Assembly: GCA_905215615.1 (NCBI GenBank)
Contig: CAJMQM010000001.1
Span: 1 to 42,615, forward strand
DNA from: an uncultured bacterium
Lineage (GTDB): Bacteria > Bacillota > Clostridia > TANB77 > CAG-508
Reading direction: 5' to 3'
Length of the DNA: 42,615 nt
Shown here one piece after another: positions 36,914 through 42,615 of the stretch; positions within the stretch are counted from its first letter, which is position 1, and every line of letters starts with the position of its first letter. Below the pieces are notes generated by a model. That model did no database searches. It had not been told where the DNA came from and was given only the letters and a program-made list of their open reading frames with translations. The translations under genes were made by a program, and so were the position numbers.

Positions 36914-37116
36914 AAAAATTCACCGCTTTCAAGTTATTATTATACATATATATTATCTTATAAAATGAAGAAAAATACAATAGATTTTGCAAAAAAAATT
37001 GCCGAATTTGTATATATTTCTACATTTTTTGCAACAATATATAGATTAACTATTTTGCATAAATATTATTAACTTTTAATAGTATTAAATAACTTAATAA
37101 ATATAAAGGATGTAAA

Positions 37117-38748
37117 ATGAAGAGAAAAAAGTTAAAAAAAGAAACTTTTATGCAAAGTGTAGTTGTACTTATGATATCACAAGTATTTGTTAAAGTTTTG
37201 GGGCTTGTGTACAAATTATATTTAACAAACAAAGAAGGCTTTGGAGATAAAGGAAATGCCATATATAGTAGTGGATTTCAAGTATATGCTTTATTGCTTA
37301 CAATTTCTGCAATGGGTGTACCAAATGCACTATCTAAACTTGTATCAGAAAGAGTAGCTGTTGGAGACCATAGGGGAGCACATAAAATTTTTAAAATTGC
37401 ATTAATAACATTTTCTTTTATTGGTTTTTGTTGCTCAATGTTTTTGTTTTTTGGTGCACATACAATATCTAATACTTTTTTGCAAATACCAGAAGCAGAA
37501 ATGGCACTTGTAGCACTCTCACCATCCATATTTTTTGTATCTGTTACTGCAGTAATAAGAGGGTATTTTAATGGAAGAGAGAATATAACTGTTACAGCAA
37601 GATCTCAAAGTTTAGAACAGATTTTTAAAACAGTATTTACAATTTTAATTGTAAACATGTTAAGTATAATTACTGGGATGGACACAGTTGTAATGGCAGC
37701 AGGAGCTAACTTAGCTACTAGCTTGTCTGCTGGTGCATGTTTTATATATTTGTTAAACTACTATAGAACAATTAGACCTATAATTGCTGGTGAAATAAAA
37801 AATACAGTAAATTATAAGCCAACTAGAATTCGAAAAACTATAAAACAGATTTTGTTTGTTTCAATTCCAATGTCACTAAGTGCAATATTTGGGGCACTTA
37901 ATAAAAATATAGATTCTATGACTGTTGTAAGAGGGCTTAAAAACTTTATGACAGAGGAATCGGCAAAAATACAGTATGGTATTTTAAGTGGAAAAGTAGA
38001 AACTTTAGTAACAATACCAATGTCTTTTAATATGGCTTTTGCAACAGCATTAATACCAGCAATGTCAAAGGCAACTGCAAATGGTGACAAAGAAACAGTA
38101 GAAAAGCGTATAAAATTTTCTATTTTGGTTAGTATTTTAATAGGACTTCCTTGTATGGTAGGGATGATACTATATGCGAAACAAATATTATTATTGCTAT
38201 TTCCAAATGCTGCATCAGGAGAATTTATATATCAAGTAAGTTCATTAGGAATAATATTTATTTTAATTGAGCAAACAGTAGGAGCTGCACTACATGGAGT
38301 TGGAAAAGTATTTGTTCCGGCAATTGCACTAGGAATAGGAGGAATAATTAAACTTATATTAAATTTAACATTAGTTCCAATAAATAACGAAATTTTTATA
38401 TTTGGAGGAACAGCAGGTGCGGCATTGTCAACTGTTATATGCCATATAGTATCTTTAGCTATAGAATTAACTGTACTTAAAAAATGCGTAGGATTTAAAC
38501 TAGAAAAAAGAAAATTTATAGTTAAACCTATTATTGCAGTAACAATAATGGCAGTTTGCTCTAAAATGTTATATAATTTGTTATTAAACTTTATTGGTGC
38601 TAATTTTGCCTTAATTATTGCTATGCTATTTGCAGTATTAATTTATTTTATAATGCTTATAATTTTAAAAACTTTTTCGAAAAAAGAAATTTGTATGATA
38701 CCATACGGAAGTAAATTTTTGCAGAAAATTCAATCAGAAAAACAATGA
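37117..38748 (+). CDS. MOP-superfamily flippase (SpoVB / MurJ-like polysaccharide biosynthesis protein)
   Basis: 543 aa with about 14 TM helices. The N-terminal FMQSVVVLMISQVFVKVLGLVYKLYL..GNAIYSSGFQVYALLL..GVPNALSKLVSE is typical of the SpoVB/MurJ family. Confidence 0.8.
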   Translation: MKRKKLKKETFMQSVVVLMISQVFVKVLGLVYKLYLTNKEGFGDKGNAIYSSGFQVYALLLTISAMGVPNALSKLVSERVAVGDHRGAHKIFKIALITFSFIGFCCSMFLFFGAHTISNTFLQIPEAEMALVALSPSIFFVSVTAVIRGYFNGRENITVTARSQSLEQIFKTVFTILIVNMLSIITGMDTVVMAAGANLATSLSAGACFIYLLNYYRTIRPIIAGEIKNTVNYKPTRIRKTIKQILFVSIPMSLSAIFGALNKNIDSMTVVRGLKNFMTEESAKIQYGILSGKVETLVTIPMSFNMAFATALIPAMSKATANGDKETVEKRIKFSILVSILIGLPCMVGMILYAKQILLLLFPNAASGEFIYQVSSLGIIFILIEQTVGAALHGVGKVFVPAIALGIGGIIKLILNLTLVPINNEIFIFGGTAGAALSTVICHIVSLAIELTVLKKCVGFKLEKRKFIVKPIIAVTIMAVCSKMLYNLLLNFIGANFALIIAMLFAVLIYFIMLIILKTFSKKEICMIPYGSKFLQKIQSEKQ

Positions 38749-38925
38749 AACCTTGAAAAATAGCCACTTTTAGACTTGAACAAAAACAAAAGCCTAGAAA
38801 ATAAGTAGTTTCATAAAAAATAAAATGAAAAAAAAGAAGGATTTTATACAATGATGGCGAATAATGATACTAGTAGATATTGCTCAAGTATTCTACATAG
38901 AAAATCTTATAGGAGGTAATGAAAG

Positions 38926-39204
38926 ATGAACAAATCAGATTTAGTAGCAGCTATAGCAGCTAAAACAGGAGCAACAAAAAAAGATGCTGAAGCATCATTA
39001 AATGCTTTTACAGAAGTTGTAACAGAATCATTAGTTAAGGGAGACAAAATTCAATTAGTTGGATTTGGTTCTTTCGAAGTTAGAAAAAGAGCTGCTAGAA
39101 AAGGTAGAAATCCACAAACTAAGGAAGAAATAAAAATACCTGCATCTAAAGCACCTGTATTCAAAGCAGGAAAAGCTTTAAAAGATTTAGTAAACAAGAA
39201 ATAA
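38926..39204 (+). CDS. hup: Nucleoid protein HU
   Basis: [11 protein letters not shown]...[24 protein letters not shown]...[10 protein letters not shown] is a canonical HU sequence. AGGAGG SD. Confidence 0.97.
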   Translation: MNKSDLVAAIAAKTGATKKDAEASLNAFTEVVTESLVKGDKIQLVGFGSFEVRKRAARKGRNPQTKEEIKIPASKAPVFKAGKALKDLVNKK

Positions 39205-39241
39205 TTTAGGTTTTAATAGAACTATGAATTCATAGAAATAG

Positions 39242-39276
39242 GTAGGGAATTTCTCCCTGCTTATTTTGTTTTTTAT
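39242..39276 (+). terminator. Intrinsic terminator after hup
   Basis: GTAGGGA (39242-39248) pairs with TCCCTGC (39254-39260) with one wobble, then TTATTTTGTTTTTT. Confidence 0.65.
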
Positions 39277-39472
39277 AAGATTATTTTAATAAAGCATAAC
39301 TTACAAAAATGAACATGTGTAGAGCTAGTTAAAATTTAAATGTATATTAAGTAATAGAAGTCTAATTTTATAATTTCTTTAAAATTTAGATGAATTGTGA
39401 AAGTAAAGTATAGTTTTTAAAGCTATTTCTATTACGATTTTAAAATTTATAATAAAATTTTATATATTTTTC

Positions 39473-39502
39473 TTGACAAATCATAAAGTAACGTAGTAAA
39501 AT
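39473..39502 (+). promoter_or_regulatory. Predicted sigma-A promoter of tRNA-Leu
   Basis: TTGACA (39473-39478), 18 nt, TAAAAT (39497-39502), lying 22 nt upstream of the tRNA 5' end. Confidence 0.6.
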
Positions 39503-39524
39503 ATATCTTGTCAGTTCAATAAAC

Positions 39525-39612
39525 GCAGCTGTGGCGGAACTGGTAGACGCACAGGACTTAAAATCCTGCGGACGAATAATCCGTGCCGGTTCGATTCCGG
39601 CCAGCTGCACCA
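39525..39612 (+). tRNA. tRNA-Leu (anticodon UAA), type II with a long variable arm and an encoded CCA
   Basis: Acceptor stem GCAGCTG/CAGCTGC. D arm GCG-GAACTGGTAGA-CGC. Anticodon stem CAGGA/TCCTG with loop CTTAAAA. Variable stem-loop CGGACGAATAATCCG. T arm GCCGG-TTCGATT-CCGGC. Discriminator A, then CCA. Confidence 0.93.
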
Positions 39613-39618
39613 GTAATT

Positions 39619-39659
39619 AAAGTCTCAAAGTATTTGCAAATCAAGTGCTTTGAGACTTT
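39619..39659 (+). terminator. Hairpin (probable terminator) after tRNA-Leu
   Basis: AAAGTCTCAAAG (39619-39630) pairs with CTTTGAGACTTT (39648-39659). The T tract is weak. Confidence 0.5.
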
Positions 39660-39835
39660 ACTATTTATAAAAATATGCAGTAGAGACTTTAAAGTGCTTT
39701 TTATAGTTGATGTATAAGTGTCAATGATTTGAAAAAATTCATATAAAAAATATAGTATATTGAATTTGTTCTTTATTATGCATATAAGTTTGATAACTCT
39801 GATTTTTTTCTTAAAAAAGAATAATATTAGATAGT

Positions 39836-39864
39836 TTGCAATCTTATGTAAATTATGGTAAAAT
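39836..39864 (+). promoter_or_regulatory. Predicted sigma-A promoter for the foreign-composition ORF
   Basis: TTGCAA (39836-39841), 17 nt, extended -10 TGGTAAAAT (39856-39864). Confidence 0.5.
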
Positions 39865-39951
39865 CAATGTGTAATTGGTTATTGCACAACCTAGTATAAA
39901 AAATATACGGGGGAGTGCAGTTCCTCCGTAAAATTTTAGGAGGAAAAAATT

Positions 39952-40830
39952 ATGTCAGTATTAACAACAGCACCTCAATTTTTATATCCGCGTTTAAGAC
40001 AGTTCCCAATTGATGAAGTGGCTGAAAAAATAGTAAGAGCCATAGAAAAGAGAAATTGGAAAGTACCAGGAATAACAGTTGAATTTGATATTTATGGCTC
40101 TGGAGAAGCCAAATACAAAATGGTAAGCCCCATTATTGGTGAAAATTTCAAATTGTACTTCTGCCGTATTCAAGGGAGACTTGATGAAAGGTGGAATGAT
40201 ATCGCTGCACTGCATAGTGTATGCATACCAAAGCAAATACTTGAGGTTTATAGTGATGGTTCAGGACCAACTTATTACCTGTATGTGGGTAAGGATTGGG
40301 AGTCTGATAAAGAGTGGTTTATGAACTCTATCAAGGTCAATTCTAAACTGAACAAAGAACCTCGAAGATACCTGAGATATTGTGGGCGTACATGTAGGCA
40401 AGGAAAAAAAGAGTTGTTTGCTGATGACGACCTTAACCGTGAGTATTCGCCAAGAGGGGAAGAACCTGTCCGCATTAACACTGAACAAAAATTCAATGAG
40501 TTTGCAGCATGGCTAGAGGAATTTGTGTTGAACTATATTCTTAGCTTTCAAGAAGAGGATATAATTCAACCACCTACACCAGAGGAAGAACTTATTCCTT
40601 ATGAGGGACCTTGGAGTACTGTATATAGTATATGTGATTGGCATGATGCAGATAGAATAAGAAAAGGTAAGAAAGATCCAAGTAAGCTACCTCCACAAGA
40701 AAGACACGCATATATTGGAAATGGATGTCGCTTAGTACCGCTAAATGTTTATTGCGAGAATAGATTTCCAAAGATAGCATATGAAGGATTTATCTGGTGC
40801 GATGTTAAGCCGAAACAGGATGTTACTCAG
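39952..40830 (+). CDS. Unrecognised protein of foreign composition, apparently 3'-truncated (MSVLTTAPQFLYPRLRQFPIDEVAEKIVRAIEKRNWKVPG...)
   Basis: GGAGGA SD (39939-39944) sits 7 nt before the ATG. By hand count, GC is about 40% over 39961-40500, against 27% in the adjacent HD gene and 20% upstream. Codons CGC, CGT, CTG, GCC and CCG are used. There is no stop inside the higher-GC segment, so the track ORF runs on to 41250 purely as antisense of the HD gene. Confidence 0.45.
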
Positions 40831-41819
40831 AATTCAGAATTAGAATATGAAGTAGTAAATGCTATGGGTTCATTATTAAATCTAACTAAAGGGTTAATAT
40901 ATCTCTTTTTTACTTTCTCTATATTAACAAAATATTTTCCCTCTGGAATAGTTTCACTAGTGCTAACATCTGTTGCATTTTCCCACTTTTTAAAGCACTC
41001 TGCAATATTATTTTCGTTGCATTGTTTAATTTTATTAATAGTATCTTCTTCAGATAAATTATACATATCTTTAACACTAATTAAATTTTTATCTGACATC
41101 TTTTTCATAATATCAGCTAACATTTGCATTGTAAATAAAGTTTTTTCTCTTCTATATAGTTTTGATAAAATACTCATTGTATGTACAAACTTTTCAGCAA
41201 TAGCAACATCTTTAAAACCTAACTCATCTATTCCATTTTCATCTTTTTGAATTTCGATATTATTATAAACTTCTTTAACATCTTCTAATGTCCAAAGCTT
41301 TTCAGTTACTCCAAGTCCATTTGAAAGAGTATATTCTAATCTATCACTCGAAAGCCTTGGGGTGTCATTATCTGCAATTGGGTAAATATGATAATCTGCA
41401 ACTTCTTCTACTTTAATACCATCTCTATTTAGTAAATACATTAATTCTTTTGAACCTTTTATAATTTCAGTTGTTAATTCTTCTGTAGATTCTTGTTTTT
41501 CGTAATCTTTGTTCATAAAATCAATAGAGTGTTTAAATACAGGTGTTGCAATATCATGAAATAGACCTGATAAAGTCTGTTTTTTATCTTTAGTAAAATT
41601 CCAAATTATTAAACTAACAGCAATACTATGGTCTAAACTTGAATACCACATTTGATTATACATTTTTGAGTATATAGTGCCACAAGTAACACTTATTTTA
41701 GATTGTTTTAACATTACTGGGGTGTTAATATACTCATTTAAAAACTCTGGAAAGTCATCTGATAATATTTTGTAATAGGATTTAATTGTTTCGTTTAGAT
41801 TACCAACATAATTATTCAT
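40827..41819 (-). CDS. HD-domain metal-dependent phosphohydrolase family protein
   Basis: SLDHSIAVSL...LSGLFHDIATPVFKH gives the H...HD signature. AAGGAAGGAA SD upstream of the ATG at 41819. Host-like codon usage. Confidence 0.75.
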   Translation of the reverse strand: MNNYVGNLNETIKSYYKILSDDFPEFLNEYINTPVMLKQSKISVTCGTIYSKMYNQMWYSSLDHSIAVSLIIWNFTKDKKQTLSGLFHDIATPVFKHSIDFMNKDYEKQESTEELTTEIIKGSKELMYLLNRDGIKVEEVADYHIYPIADNDTPRLSSDRLEYTLSNGLGVTEKLWTLEDVKEVYNNIEIQKDENGIDELGFKDVAIAEKFVHTMSILSKLYRREKTLFTMQMLADIMKKMSDKNLISVKDMYNLSEEDTINKIKQCNENNIAECFKKWENATDVSTSETIPEGKYFVNIEKVKKRYINPLVRFNNEPIAFTTSYSNSEF

Positions 41820-42088
41820 TTTATTTCGTATTCCTTCCTTAAAATATATTTAATTGCTTATTTTATATGGTCTTATTTTACAAAAAAAATTAGCAAAAAT
41901 CAATTACTTTTCTTAAATTGAATACTTTTAACAGTTTAAGATAAAACTCTTTTTAGGTATTAATAATATTGCATTTGTATTTTACTACTAATCTTTACAT
42001 TTCGATTAGATATAAAGTAAATAAAAAGTTTATTTCTTCCTTTTCTGGTTATAATAGTCGTAATAAATTATTGTAAGGAGCTTTATTT

Positions 42089-42615
42089 ATGGCTAATTCA
42101 AATCAGATCAAGGAAGAAATTTCTATATCTAAAATTTATGGAAAAGAGGCTACTCTTTCTACAAATGAATTTGTTACTGAATATAGTGTAAACATTAAGG
42201 GATTAGATAAAGAAGAGGCAAGAAGTAGACTTAATAAATATGGACTTAATGAAATTTCTGAGGCTAAACCAAAAAAATGGTACCATTATTTTTTATCTAG
42301 CTTAGTAACTCCTTTTAATCTTATATTACTTGGAATTGTAGTAATTTTATTTTATACAGATGTGTATTTACCGCAAGAGCCAAATTATGCAAGTATTGTA
42401 GTTGTTTTAGTTCTTGTTACTATAAGTACACTTTTAGATTTTATTCAAGAGTTTCGTTCAAACAGAGCAGCAGAAAAACTAAAAGAACTAGTTGCTACAA
42501 CCTCTAATATATTACGTGAAGGTAAAGAAGTAAAAATACCAATGAAAGATATTACTATTGGAGATATAGTGCTTCTTTCTGCTGGAAGTATGATACCTGC
42601 AGATTTACGAATAAT
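42089..42615 (+). CDS. mgtA: Mg2+-importing-type P-type ATPase (MgtA-like), N-terminal 175 codons, continuing beyond the window
   Basis: AAGGAG SD before the ATG at 42089. GLDKEEARSRLNKYGLNEISEAKPKKWYHYFLSSLVTPFNLILL, and later GDIVLLSAGSMIPADLRI, match the N-terminal cation-ATPase and actuator regions of MgtA-type pumps. Not in the ORF track because it is open-ended. Confidence 0.7.
   Translation, partial: MANSNQIKEEISISKIYGKEATLSTNEFVTEYSVNIKGLDKEEARSRLNKYGLNEISEAKPKKWYHYFLSSLVTPFNLILLGIVVILFYTDVYLPQEPNYASIVVVLVLVTISTLLDFIQEFRSNRAAEKLKELVATTSNILREGKEVKIPMKDITIGDIVLLSAGSMIPADLRI

Noticed and set aside
39907-39951. Possible preQ1-I riboswitch (a small hairpin followed by an A-rich tail and the SD)
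   Set aside because: The loop (GTGCAGT) and tail (AAAATTTTAGG) do not match the conserved preQ1-I loop and ACUA-containing tail as I remember them. I kept it only as a generic SD-sequestration candidate.
39994-40780. Cluster of extra short ORFs on both strands (39994-40236, 40136-40324, 40261-40488, 40275-40496, 40592-40780)
   Set aside because: They arise because the higher-GC foreign segment has fewer stop codons in all frames. None has an SD or a recognisable product.
40828-40841. CAGAATT-CAGAATT tandem repeat (containing GAATTC) as a target-site duplication
   Set aside because: A target-site duplication should flank an element, not sit as an adjacent tandem. No second copy was found near the left boundary; only an imperfect CAGTAATT occurs at 39611-39618. 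It is noted in the island finding but not claimed as an att or TSD site.
40831-41250. C-terminal 140 residues of the 432-aa track ORF, which look like several TM helices
   Set aside because: It lies entirely antisense to the well-supported HD-domain gene and has host composition. Its Phe/Leu/Ile/Ser-rich sequence is typical of antisense frames in AT-rich genes, so this is read-through and not a membrane domain.
41820-42088. Expected an M-box (Mg2+) riboswitch in the 270-nt leader of the mgtA-like gene
   Set aside because: I could not find the conserved M-box core segments or a multi-helix GC-supported fold. The region is nearly pure A/T, with only one short hairpin (CTAATC...GATTAG). An Infernal scan would settle it.
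1-42615. CRISPR arrays, rRNA genes, IS elements, integrases or recombinases, and toxin-antitoxin pairs
   Set aside because: I saw no regularly spaced direct repeats, no rRNA-like conserved tracts, and no ORF with DDE, tyrosine- or serine-recombinase motifs on either strand. The only tandem repetition is the in-frame domain array at 19618-24543.

Overview
This is a 42.6 kb AT-rich chromosomal segment from a low-GC Gram-positive bacterium. It is probably a member of Clostridia. That is an inference from A/T-ending codon usage, a sortase-type anchor, a SpoVB-like flippase and a reverse rubrerythrin; no database search was possible. Most of the window is housekeeping. Reading left to right, it contains: rnhB, a HAD hydrolase and pdp; a minimal birA; a type II fatty-acid synthesis plus acetyl-CoA carboxylase cluster (fabH-fabD-fabG-fabF-accB-fabZ / accC-accD-accA-fabI); a Fur-family regulator with a mini-rubredoxin and a reverse rubrerythrin; a frameshifted pilin-like gene with an FGE-like domain; a 2257-aa wall-anchored papain-like protease with long tandem domain repeats; rpsB-tsf; a CadC-like repressor with a P1B metal ATPase; a polytopic membrane protein; lspA-rluD-rluB; a replication-relaxation-like protein convergent with a VirD4/TraG-like membrane ATPase; a SpoVB/MurJ-type flippase; hup; tRNA-Leu(UAA); a compositionally foreign ORF; an HD-domain protein; and the 5' end of an mgtA-like ATPase. 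I saw no CRISPR array, rRNA, transposase, integrase or recombinase. Four observations look most worth follow-up. (1) An orphan two-gene module (33524-36913) pairs a relaxosome-type wHTH protein with a type IV coupling-protein-like ATPase. It has host-like composition and lies between housekeeping genes, with no other transfer genes nearby. (2) A self-contained single-gene cassette of foreign codon usage (10184-10630) is inserted antisense between fabZ and accC. (3) A second foreign-composition ORF lies directly downstream of tRNA-Leu. It has no stop codon of its own and a possible RBS-sequestering switch. (4) The giant modular C1-protease surface protein is itself unusual. All family assignments come from motif recognition by eye and still need HMM or structure confirmation.
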